NCBI GenBank assembly: GCA_046757025.1
Contig: JBHHXN010000167.1
Coordinates: 1 to 11,249, forward strand
Source of the DNA: a bacterium
GTDB taxonomy: Bacteria; Zhuqueibacterota; Zhuqueibacteria; Oceanimicrobiales; Oceanimicrobiaceae
Length of the DNA: 11,249 nucleotides
Reading direction: 5' to 3'
Part shown: positions 1 to 8,003 of the stretch, in pieces
Numbering within the stretch: the first letter of the stretch is position 1
Layout: every line of letters begins with the position of its first letter
Position numbers and translations under genes: made by a program
Notes under the pieces: generated by a model
The model's database searches: none
What the model was told of the DNA's origin: nothing
What the model saw: the letters and a program-made list of their open reading frames with translations, nothing else

Positions 1-129
1 AAAACAATTGATTACACAACTGCGAAACTTGAATTATTAAACAATCCCTGTCTATCATAGAAAGACAACTTTTTTCGATCTTTACTCCCCCAAAATATTC
101 AAAAGTTAAAAAAATTAAGTGTAATTTAT

Positions 130-158
130 AAGCTCCGCTTTTTGAAAAAGCTCGGCTT
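130..158. repeat. Imperfect palindrome downstream of the M23 gene (possible terminator or REP-like hairpin)
   Basis: AAGCTCCGCTTTTTGAAAAAGCTCGGCTT has a GCTTTTT/AAAAAGC inner stem and AAGC/GCTT outer arms. It lies about 50 nt past the minus-strand stop at 208. No clean U-tract follows it. Confidence 0.35.
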
Positions 159-207
159 GTTGTTATTGAAAATTTGTATTTTCCAAAAGCAGCAAGTCCC
201 CGACTCG

Positions 208-2370
208 CTACCGCATCAACAACATCTTTTTTGTCTGCAAAGACGATCCGGCCTGCATGCGATAAAGGTAGATACCGCTTGCTAAATTTTCAGCCATAAA
301 ATCCACCGAATACCTGCCAGCCGCTTGACGCTGGTGCACTAAGGTGGCCACTTCCCGGCCCAGCAAATCATACACTTTTAAACTCACGAAAGTGGGTTTG
401 TTAAGGGAATACGTGATGGTGGTGGTGGGATTGAACGGATTGGGATAATTTTGCAGTAAGGCAAATTGTTTCGCAGGTTGCGGCAAGGCGTGTTGCGCCG
501 CCACTGCCAGGGTGATGTCGCTGCCCTGGCGGTTTTTGGGATAGATATCAAACGCACGCAGGGCGAGGATGGCCGTTTCTTCACGGGTTAAATATCGCTG
601 CGGGCAAAATAATCTGGGCGCGGTGGCACACCCCAGGGCGATGCCCTCTTGCAGCAATTGATTGATCCAGTTGACCTGCGGGTGAGCAAGCGGTACGTCG
701 CCGAATATTTGCTCCGAAGCCGCGGGCGGCTGGTAGTCGCGGCCGTGCAGCGCCAGCAAAATAAACCTCGCCATTTCCGCCCGGGTCAACGAGTCGTCGG
801 GACAAAAGCGCGGCGGATTTTGAGCGCAGCCCACAGTGAGACTATCTGCGGCCAACTGTTCTATCCAGTCGGCAGCCGGATGCTTGACTGGTACATCATC
901 AAAAATCGCTCCGCTGGCGGCCGGCGGAACGAAATCGGCGCCGTGCAACCCTTTCACCCAAACCTCCGCCAATTCTGCCCGCGTCACCCTTTCTTTGGGA
1001 TAAAAAAAACGCGCATTCGAATTTTCCTGTGGTAGTGGCTCCATCAAACCGGCTGCGTAAACGGCGTCGATCCACGGTTTGGCCCAGTAGTCGTCGGCGA
1101 TGTCTTCGAAAAACTGTTTGCTGGCGGTTACCCGCGTCTGTCCGTCGCACAAAGGCCACAGTCGCGGCCCGGCAGCAGTGTGGACCATCATCGGACTCGG
1201 TCTGCGGGAACGCGAATCGAAATAGCGCGAAGCGCCGTTCACCCGAAACGACAGGTGCAAATGCGGGCCGGTGGAATTGCCGGTGCTGCCGACGGCGCCG
1301 ATCTGTGTGTTCGCTGAAACCGAATCGCCTTTGGCCACGGAAATGGCGCTGAGGTGAGCGTACAGGGTAGTGACGCCGTTTGGGTGCTGCACCGCCACAC
1401 GATTGCCGTAGCCTGTGGTGCGGTGCAATGCTACGACTACCTTGCCGGGCGCTACCGGAAACACGGGCTGTCCGAAATCGTTGGCGCCCACTAAATTCCA
1501 GTCGGTGGCGTAATAATCGTTGTTGTCGTTGGAATGCGTGACGTCGCCGTAATAGTAACCCACACCGCCTACCTGCCAGCGCGTGCCGCTCTTGAACGGC
1601 AGGTGCAGGGGGATGGGCGAATTGGCAACTTCGTTGCCCCAATCGCAGGGATGGATTTCTTGCAGATCGGTTTCTGGGTGCCCGAACACTGCTGTGGCAT
1701 CAAATTCAAACAACGGCGCTGGTGTTTCAGACGGCAGCGCGATGGTTTCTTGCCGGCTGAGCACAACTGAGCGCAAAAGATGCCGGGCCTCCGGCAGCAA
1801 CCAGGCGATTTCGGGCTGCGCGCTGAGCTGCAAAATCCGCCGGTTGGGCATGCGAAATAGATAGAGCGTCTGTGTTTTGGCTTGTGCATCTTTTAGCACG
1901 ATTTGCATGGGTTGGTGCGGGTGCTCCAAATTTTTTTGAATGGAAACCATTTGCAGAGCCCGGGTTTCGGACTGCCGCAGGAGCCAGGTTTCTAGATTCG
2001 AGTTGGGCGGTAGAGAATAAACGTCCGCCTGAATTTTTGCGGCGCCTGCGGGCCAGGCCTCAATCGTCTCGTCCACCGGGGGTTGGTAATTCATGAAGGT
2101 GGCGGAGGCAAAACTGCCAATGGTCGGAGTCGGGTAAACCGTCCAGTGACTGGGAACCGCCAGACCAAACTGGTGGCGGGCATCTCGGTAGGCCAGCCAT
2201 TTTGCGGGAGAAGCGGATCCCTGCCGTTGGTTCTGCAAAGAAGAATTTGATAGAGCATTCAAAAAGCTCGCCTCAAAAACGAGCAAACTTAAAAGCCATC
2301 CAATGCAAAAATAAAAATAATGGCAGACAGATTTACGATTCAACAAATAGTTCATAATCATACTCTCCAT
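208..2370 (-). CDS. Secreted M23-family zinc metallopeptidase with three SLH-like repeats and a T9SS/Por-type C-terminal sorting domain
   Basis: 720-aa ORF with a hydrophobic N-terminal segment. M23 motifs: YYATDW, GYGNRV, TLYAHLS, IGAVGSTGNSTGPHLHLS (about 1240-1615). Three F-x-D-[IV]...WI...[VL]TR-x-E SLH-like repeats (about 545-1113). C-terminus FALLQNYPNPFNPTTTITYSL...VYDLLGREVATLV...LASGIYLYRM...TKKMLLMR (about 211-465). Start uncertain (2370, 2361 or 2355). Confidence 0.9.
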   Translation of the reverse strand: MESMIMNYLLNRKSVCHYFYFCIGWLLSLLVFEASFLNALSNSSLQNQRQGSASPAKWLAYRDARHQFGLAVPSHWTVYPTPTIGSFASATFMNYQPPVDETIEAWPAGAAKIQADVYSLPPNSNLETWLLRQSETRALQMVSIQKNLEHPHQPMQIVLKDAQAKTQTLYLFRMPNRRILQLSAQPEIAWLLPEARHLLRSVVLSRQETIALPSETPAPLFEFDATAVFGHPETDLQEIHPCDWGNEVANSPIPLHLPFKSGTRWQVGGVGYYYGDVTHSNDNNDYYATDWNLVGANDFGQPVFPVAPGKVVVALHRTTGYGNRVAVQHPNGVTTLYAHLSAISVAKGDSVSANTQIGAVGSTGNSTGPHLHLSFRVNGASRYFDSRSRRPSPMMVHTAAGPRLWPLCDGQTRVTASKQFFEDIADDYWAKPWIDAVYAAGLMEPLPQENSNARFFYPKERVTRAELAEVWVKGLHGADFVPPAASGAIFDDVPVKHPAADWIEQLAADSLTVGCAQNPPRFCPDDSLTRAEMARFILLALHGRDYQPPAASEQIFGDVPLAHPQVNWINQLLQEGIALGCATAPRLFCPQRYLTREETAILALRAFDIYPKNRQGSDITLAVAAQHALPQPAKQFALLQNYPNPFNPTTTITYSLNKPTFVSLKVYDLLGREVATLVHQRQAAGRYSVDFMAENLASGIYLYRMQAGSSLQTKKMLLMR

Positions 2371-2485
2371 CGCGGTTGATTCATCTCAAATCTAATATTT
2401 TTTAAAAATAAATCCATTATTTTAAAAGTCACAAATTGAATAAAATAAAAGTGAAAATGCCACTTTTCACCAATTCTTACCTTTT

Positions 2486-2519
2486 TTGTCATACAATTGT
2501 AACATGAACAGGTTATTTT
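2486..2519 (+). promoter_or_regulatory. Pho-box-like direct repeat plus putative -10 element upstream of the porin
   Basis: TTGTCAT-ACAA-TTGTAAC (2486-2503) has an 11-bp period and resembles the E. coli Pho box CTGTCAT-N4-CTGTCA[C/T]. TATTTT (2514-2519) follows after 10 nt. The context is a phosphate-uptake cluster. Confidence 0.7.
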
Positions 2520-2603
2520 CTTAAAAATTTTTAAGAATTGATTTTCAAGAAATTGACCATTAAAATGAAAAAACACAAGGGGGTGAATTTTTAAAAAAAT
2601 GAC

Positions 2604-2627
2604 TGAGCGGTTTTTTGAGACGGCTCA
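2604..2627 (+). other. Imperfect hairpin in the predicted porin 5' leader
   Basis: TGAGCGGTTTTTTGAGACGGCTCA (TGAGC/GCTCA arms) followed by ATTTAATTTT. It is a GC-richer island within AT-rich intergenic DNA. Confidence 0.3.
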
Positions 2628-2762
2628 ATTTAATTTTCAAATTGCAAAATGAAAAATTTAAATTGGATAGAAAAACTACAGTTGGATTGTGCATTTTGCA
2701 ACCAGATAGCTAAATTTTGTTTTTTAACGGAATTAATTTTCAATTTTAATCTGGAGGATATT

Positions 2763-3860
2763 ATGAAAAACCTTTTTATTCGATTACTCGGTGCCGGACT
2801 TATTTTGTTCCTGACGATGGTAAGCAGTCCCGCACAGGAAGTCAAAACCAAAAACGCCAAAAGCTGGGAGCTCACAGGTAGAGCTCAGCTGCAATATTTT
2901 TACAACTCGGATATCGATGGCGACGCTTCGCGAACCAACAACGGCTTTCGTATCCGGCGCGGTCGTTTGCAGGCCAAATGTAAACTCACCGACTGGGTGG
3001 AAACCAAGTTTCAGATCGAAGTGCGCGATAACAGCCCACGCTTGAAAGACGCCGAAGGTAAAATCAAACTCGGAAAGAATATGTTTGTGCGCCTGGGACA
3101 GTTCAAAGTGCCGGTGTGGCGCGAGGAACTGCGCTCGTCGAGTAAACTGCTGCTGGTGGAGCGCAGCGAAGTTGCAGAAATGCTGGCGGACATCAATTTG
3201 TCCGCGCGACAGGTTGGTTTGGAAGTAGGCGGTAAAATGGCCAGCGGTTTGAGCTGGGCTGTAAACGTTTCCAACGGAGCCGGCGAAGGCGGACGTGAAG
3301 ACGCCGGTCGCAGCAAGAGTGGCTTTGTGAACAACGGAAAACTTTTTGCCGGCCGGGTGAATGTGCCTGTGGGCGATAAACTTCAAATTGGCGTAGCAGG
3401 AGCGGCTAACCGAGCTGGCAGTGACACCGGCGTTGCAGACAATTCTGGCACCATCTGGACCATTGCGCCTGATTTCGGCTATTACACATCGGCTGGCACA
3501 AATGGGCAGCTCGACCTGGAGGGGGGAATCGCTATCGGTAGTGTTGATAAAGACTTTTTGAGCACAGCGGAAGATCAGAAATTTAGATTGTTTGACGTCA
3601 CCGCCCGCTGGCATAAAAAGCTCAGCTCGGTGCGGGAAAATCTCGGCGGCGTCGATGCGGTAGAGCTGGCAGCGGGCATTTCGATCATCGAACCCAACTC
3701 CAACGTGGATGACGATGAATCGCTGTTTGTGCGCTTTGGTCCGGCGGTTTATTTTGGTAAAACCACGCGGTTGCAAGTGAACGGCGAAATAGAGAAACCT
3801 TTGGTTAGCGGTGGGGTTACGATTTTTAAATTTCGCGTGCAATCGACTTTTAATTTCTAA
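2763..3860 (+). CDS. Outer-membrane porin, phosphate-selective OprO/OprP-like
   Basis: ATG 2763 is preceded by GGAGG (2753-2757). The 365-aa product has a signal peptide (MKNLFIRLLGAGLILFLTMVSSPA), family-like motifs FRIRRGRL, LGQFKVP and VERS, amphipathic beta strands and a C-terminal Phe. It lies directly upstream of pstS. Confidence 0.82.
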   Translation: MKNLFIRLLGAGLILFLTMVSSPAQEVKTKNAKSWELTGRAQLQYFYNSDIDGDASRTNNGFRIRRGRLQAKCKLTDWVETKFQIEVRDNSPRLKDAEGKIKLGKNMFVRLGQFKVPVWREELRSSSKLLLVERSEVAEMLADINLSARQVGLEVGGKMASGLSWAVNVSNGAGEGGREDAGRSKSGFVNNGKLFAGRVNVPVGDKLQIGVAGAANRAGSDTGVADNSGTIWTIAPDFGYYTSAGTNGQLDLEGGIAIGSVDKDFLSTAEDQKFRLFDVTARWHKKLSSVRENLGGVDAVELAAGISIIEPNSNVDDDESLFVRFGPAVYFGKTTRLQVNGEIEKPLVSGGVTIFKFRVQSTFNF

Positions 3861-3881
3861 ATTTGCTAAAAAAACACAAAG

Positions 3882-3915
3882 TCGTAACCTCGTTGTAACA
3901 AAGCTATGTTATTTT
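3882..3915 (+). promoter_or_regulatory. Second Pho-box-like direct repeat plus putative -10 element upstream of pstS
   Basis: TCGTAAC-CTCG-TTGTAAC (3882-3899, 11-bp period), then 10 nt, then TATTTT (3910-3915). It shares TTGTAACA-N7-GTTATTTT exactly with 2497-2519. Confidence 0.7.
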
Positions 3916-4073
3916 GCAAGCATAAAAACAGGTACCGTGAGTGTCGCAGTTTGGCCGGATGAATGGAGACGCCAACAGGAAACAGAAATTAAGGTCTTTT
4001 AAGTTCTGCTGAATCTGGGTAGTCATGATTGCCATTAACTATGAACAAATTGAATTAAAATTGGAGGTTCAAA

Positions 4074-5084
4074 GTGAGAAATCAAATTCTCAAATGGACG
4101 GGCTTTTATTTAGCCATAACCGGTTTATTTTTTCTACTTTCTCCTGCCGCAAATGGTCTGGCGGGCGGAAAAGTGCAGGTCGATCCCAAAATTCCGGCCT
4201 ACAAAAAAGTCAGCGGCATTTCGGGCAGTTTAAACAGCATCGGTTCCGACACCATGAATAACCTCATGACGCTCTGGGGTGAAGGATTTGCCAAATACTA
4301 CCCAAACGTCAAACTGCAAGTGGAAGGCAAAGGCTCCAGCACGGCCCCGCCGGCTCTGATCGCGGGTACGGCGCAATTCGGTCCCATGTCGCGCAAAATG
4401 AAAGATAAAGAAATCGATGAATTCGAAAAGGTCTTTCATTACAAGCCCACGGCCGTGCGAACTTCGTTGGACGCACTGGCGGTGTACGTCAACAAAGACA
4501 ACCCCATCCAGGGTTTGAGCTTGCCGCAAGTGGACGCGATTTTTTCGAAGACTCGAGCTGGGGGTCTTGAAAAAGCCATCAATTCCTGGGGCGAAGTCGG
4601 TCTGACCGGCGTCTGGGCAAACAAACCCATCAGCCTTTTCGGCCGAAATTCGGCTTCCGGCACCTACGGGTATTTTAAGAAACACGCGCTTTTCAAAGGC
4701 GATTATAGAGACACGGTTAAGGAGCAGCCGGGTTCCGCATCCGTAGTGCAGGGGGTAAGCGAAGATCGCTATGGAATCGGTTACAGCGGCATCGGTTACA
4801 TCACCTCGGGCGTGCGCGCCGTGCCTTTGTCCAAGAAAAGTGACGGCCATTTTTATGACGCCGAGATGAAAAATGTCGTGTCGGGCAAATACCCGCTGGC
4901 GAGATTTTTGTATCTCTACGTCAACAAAGAACCAGGTAAAGAACTCGACCCGCTGGTGCGCGAATTTCTCAAATTTGTCTTCAGCAAAGAAGGTCAGGAA
5001 GTCGTGATCAAAGACGGTTATCTGCCTTTGCCATACAAAGTGGTGCAGGAAGAATTAGCGAAACTGGAAAACGGCACCAATTAA
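4074..5084 (+). CDS. pstS: Phosphate ABC transporter substrate-binding protein PstS
   Basis: GTG start with GGAGG at 4063-4067 and a signal peptide. Motifs GSDTM, EGKGSSTAPPAL, GPMSR, GRNSASGTYGYF, GIGYSGIG, YPLARFLYLYVN. Confidence 0.96.
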   Translation: MRNQILKWTGFYLAITGLFFLLSPAANGLAGGKVQVDPKIPAYKKVSGISGSLNSIGSDTMNNLMTLWGEGFAKYYPNVKLQVEGKGSSTAPPALIAGTAQFGPMSRKMKDKEIDEFEKVFHYKPTAVRTSLDALAVYVNKDNPIQGLSLPQVDAIFSKTRAGGLEKAINSWGEVGLTGVWANKPISLFGRNSASGTYGYFKKHALFKGDYRDTVKEQPGSASVVQGVSEDRYGIGYSGIGYITSGVRAVPLSKKSDGHFYDAEMKNVVSGKYPLARFLYLYVNKEPGKELDPLVREFLKFVFSKEGQEVVIKDGYLPLPYKVVQEELAKLENGTN

Positions 5085-5206
5085 TTTTCTAAAATGAGAA
5101 TTCGAGGAAGTTTTGGGATTACGCCGTATTTCATGAAGGCAGATGCGGACTTTCTGATGCAGCTATCCGATCCAAAATAATATGAAATGCAAAGAAAATT
5201 GAAAAA

Positions 5207-7504
5207 ATGACCATTGGGATTGAAGAACAAGAAATCGTCAAAAACCGACGCCTGCGTTTTGAGAGTGAATCGCGGTGGCGGTTAAAACGTCGGAAAATCA
5301 TCGACCGTACAGCTAAATGGGTAATCGGGGCCGGCGGTTTTGCCATCATTATCAGCATTCTGGCCATTCTCATTTTTATCAGTTTGGAAATCTGGCCGCT
5401 TTTTCAAGCTGCCAAAGTGCAGGAGAAAAGCCGTGTCCCGGTGTCAAATCTGGTGCAGGGGCTACCATTTAACACGGTAGCTTTTGGCTTGGATGAAAAT
5501 CAGGAAATCGGCTATTTGCTGTCCGATGACGGGCGACTGCAATTTTTCGATGCTATCAACCGTCGGGCGCGCGAACAATTTGACATTGCCACCGTTCACG
5601 GCGAGGTGATTACCTCGGTCTGGCAATCCTTAAATGGCAAACATTTAATGCTTGGCACCAATCGCGGTAGGGCGTTGGAGCTGAAAATTGATTTCAACAC
5701 CCGTTTTTTTGACGGCAAGCGCAGTTACCAGCCGAGGGTGACACCCGTCGAACTGTTGCATCTGGATGCTGCGGGTCGGGCCATCAAAGTCCTGGTTTTT
5801 GCTCACGACGAAGATGGCTCCAAAGCGCTGGCCGGCATCACCGAAGACCACAGGGTGGAGTTATTTTTGTTGACCAAAGAGGAGTCGCTTTTTGGCGACG
5901 CCGAAATCGACTCCGCGCGTTTCGAGCTGGAGGCCATCTGGTCGGACAATCCCCGCTCTCTGGCGTTGGACCGACCCTCGGGCAATCTTTACCTGGGCAC
6001 CAGCGACGGCAAAATTTACCACTGGAAAATTTCGTTGGAGAGCGGCGCCGAATTTGTCAGCGTGGCAAAAGCCGCGGAGCCGGGCACAGGAGTCGGCGCG
6101 CTGCAATTTTTGATCGGCAACCGCACCCTGATGGTTGGCGACAGCCAGGGTCATCTCAGCGCCTGGTTTCTGGTGCGAGACAGCACCGCAGCCACGGGGC
6201 GCCGGCTGCGGAAAATTCGGCAGATGCAGCCTCTGTCTGACTCGGTGACGGCCCTGGCTGCGTCGGCGCGCGGCAAAGGCTTTATCGCCGGCGACTCCGG
6301 GGGTGAGCTATCGCTGCAATATTCGACTTCCGAACGTACCTTGGCGCGATTTAATAACGGTAATCAAAGTCAAATTGTGCTGATCAATTACGCGCCAAAG
6401 AGCAACGGAGCGCTGACTCTGGACAGCCGCGGTACGTTGACGCACTGGCAAATCCACAATCCGCATCCCGAAGCCGGCTTGAAGGCGTTTTTTGGTAAGG
6501 TCTGGTATGAGGGCTACGACCAGCCCGAATACGTCTGGCAGTCCACGGGCGGCAGCGATGAATTCGAGCCCAAGCTCAGTCTGGTGCCGTTGATTTTCGG
6601 CAGTTTAAAAGGCACGCTTTATGCGCTCATCATCGCGGTGCCGCTGGCGATTTTGGGTGCGCTTTATACTTCGCAATTCATGCACCCGCTATTTCGGAGT
6701 TATGTTAAACCGGCTGTAGAAATCATGGCCGCCCTGCCGAGTGTGGTGTTAGGTTTTCTGGCGGGTCTCTGGCTGGCGCCCATTATCGAGGATATTGTGC
6801 CGGGTATTTTGAGCATGGCAGTGGGGCTGCCGCTAATGATTTTGCTGACTACTCTGCTCTGGACACGCGTGCCGCAATCCCTTCGGGGACGCTTTCGGCC
6901 CGGCATCGAGAGTTTGTTGTTGCTGCCGGTGCTGTTGCTGGGTATCTGGTTCTGTTTGAGTTTAAGCCATTTATTTGAGTCGGCCCTTTTTGCCGGCGAT
7001 TTCAAACATTGGCTGCGGCAGACCCTGAATTTACCGTTTGACCAACGCAACGCCCTGGTGGTGGGTTTTGCCATGGGATTTGCGGTGATTCCGATCATCT
7101 ACACTATTTCGGAAGACGCCCTCTCCAATGTCCCGCAAAATTTGATTTCAGGATCCCTGGCGCTGGGAGCCAGCCGCTGGCAAACCGCGGTGCGGGTGGT
7201 GATTCCCACCGCCGCGGCGGGGATTTTTTCCGCGGTTATGATCGGCTTTGGGCGCGCAGTGGGTGAAACCATGATCGTGCTCATGGCCACCGGCAACACG
7301 CCGATCATGGATTGGAACATTTTCAACGGTTTCCGCACGCTGTCGGCCAACATCGCGGTGGAAATTCCCGAAGCGCCGGTTGGAGGTTCCCTTTACCGGG
7401 TGTTGTTTCTGGCGGCTATGCTGCTGTTTGTCATCACGTTTTTGGTGAATACCCTGGCAGAAATGGTGCGGCAGAAATTGCGTGAGAAGTACCAAAAACT
7501 GTAA
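5207..7504 (+). CDS. pstC: Phosphate ABC transporter permease PstC, long form with a large extracytoplasmic beta-rich domain
   Basis: 765 aa: N-terminal TM helix, about 390-aa soluble domain, then permease core (LVPLIFGSLKGT, EIMAALPSVVLG, SEDALSNVP...GSLALGASRWQT EAA loop, GRAVGETMIVLMATGN). Position between pstS and pstA. Confidence 0.93.
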   Translation: MTIGIEEQEIVKNRRLRFESESRWRLKRRKIIDRTAKWVIGAGGFAIIISILAILIFISLEIWPLFQAAKVQEKSRVPVSNLVQGLPFNTVAFGLDENQEIGYLLSDDGRLQFFDAINRRAREQFDIATVHGEVITSVWQSLNGKHLMLGTNRGRALELKIDFNTRFFDGKRSYQPRVTPVELLHLDAAGRAIKVLVFAHDEDGSKALAGITEDHRVELFLLTKEESLFGDAEIDSARFELEAIWSDNPRSLALDRPSGNLYLGTSDGKIYHWKISLESGAEFVSVAKAAEPGTGVGALQFLIGNRTLMVGDSQGHLSAWFLVRDSTAATGRRLRKIRQMQPLSDSVTALAASARGKGFIAGDSGGELSLQYSTSERTLARFNNGNQSQIVLINYAPKSNGALTLDSRGTLTHWQIHNPHPEAGLKAFFGKVWYEGYDQPEYVWQSTGGSDEFEPKLSLVPLIFGSLKGTLYALIIAVPLAILGALYTSQFMHPLFRSYVKPAVEIMAALPSVVLGFLAGLWLAPIIEDIVPGILSMAVGLPLMILLTTLLWTRVPQSLRGRFRPGIESLLLLPVLLLGIWFCLSLSHLFESALFAGDFKHWLRQTLNLPFDQRNALVVGFAMGFAVIPIIYTISEDALSNVPQNLISGSLALGASRWQTAVRVVIPTAAAGIFSAVMIGFGRAVGETMIVLMATGNTPIMDWNIFNGFRTLSANIAVEIPEAPVGGSLYRVLFLAAMLLFVITFLVNTLAEMVRQKLREKYQKL

Positions 7505-7554
7505 AGAGTTTTTTAAACTTAATGCTTTTTAAATGTAGCTATTCAGCAAAGGGT

Positions 7555-7582
7555 TGTCATTCCTGCGACTGCAGGAATCTCC
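7555..7582. repeat. GTC-tagged REP-like palindrome
   Basis: TGTC-ATTCCTGC-GACT-GCAGGAAT-CTCC has a perfect 8-bp stem and 4-nt loop. It lies just downstream of the minus-strand GIY-YIG remnant. Confidence 0.85.
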
Positions 7583-7594
7583 TCGAGCATCCAT

Positions 7595-7692
7595 TTAAAC
7601 TAATTCAGTTTACAAGTCTTTCCATTTTGGATTCATTTGTAAAGTACCTTTTATTGTTTGTTTGCTATCCTGTACACGCAGTATGTTGCCAT
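7595..7692 (-). pseudogene. Internally deleted remnant of a small GIY-YIG (YhbQ/UPF0213-like) nuclease gene
   Basis: Manual translation: 7692-7639 gives MATYCVYRIANKQ*KVLY, resembling the family N-terminus (YxVYIxANxxNxVLY). Out of frame, 7636-7595 gives MNPKWKDL*TELV*, resembling the C-terminal NPxWxDLY motif. The catalytic middle is missing. Confidence 0.72.
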
Positions 7693-7820
7693 AATTACTC
7701 TACCTGGAGAGGTTTTTACTTGATGAATGATACGAATTCTTTATTGAATTCTTGCCATTGCGTTGGGAGGGGGCTGTCCAAAAAGTCGTGTTTCTTCACT
7801 CTGAGAGGAGTTGATAGGTG

Positions 7821-8003
7821 TACGGCTATCCAGTTAGCTCAGCAAACTTCCAGAATGGTCATTCTGAGCGATCCCGCTCAGCGGGAGAGCGAAGAATCTC
7901 ATGCTACTGAGCTTGATTGAATGAATAAAGTTTGGTGGTCTGAGATTCTTCATTCGCTTCGCTCCTTCAGAATGACATTTTCTGAGTAAATTGGATAACC
8001 GTA
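7821..8003. mobile_element. TA-bounded 183-bp TIR element (inner layer)
   Basis: TACGGCTATCCAGTTAGCTCAG (7821-7842) vs CTGAGTAAATTGGATAACCGTA (7982-8003) is an 18/22 inverted match. TA at both ends is what IS630/Tc1-type TA duplication would leave. Confidence 0.68.
7858..7976. repeat. Inverted doublet of GTC-tagged REP-like palindromes (REPIN-like)
   Basis: GTCATTCTGA...GAAGAATCTCA (7858-7901, with internal hairpin TCCCGCT/AGCGGGA) faces TGAGATTCTTC...TCAGAATGAC (7941-7976) across a 39-nt spacer. Confidence 0.85.

Noticed and set aside
1..125. Possible IS-end-like words (ACTGCGAAACTTGA, TTACTCCCCCAAAA) near the left edge
   Set aside because: There is no partner repeat or transposase in the window, so it cannot be supported.
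2649..2762. Longer N-terminus for the porin given by the ORF track
   Set aside because: ATG 2763 has a GGAGG RBS and begins a proper signal peptide. The upstream extension is AT-rich leader.
2784..3842. 352-aa antisense ORF opposite the porin
   Set aside because: It is a shadow frame of a well-supported gene and has no recognisable motifs. The same applies to the other overlapping ORFs (e.g. 899-1642, 4230-4850, 9131-9793).
7522..7920. 132-aa plus-strand ORF in the pstC-pstA gap
   Set aside because: It crosses the boundaries of three nested elements, is Cys-rich with no recognisable family, and has no RBS. It is best explained as a chance open frame.
7555..7976. Palindromic repeats as a possible CRISPR array or ncRNA gene
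   Set aside because: The repeats are inverted and non-identical with no regular spacers, and there are no cas genes. No tRNA or known ncRNA signature was recognised.
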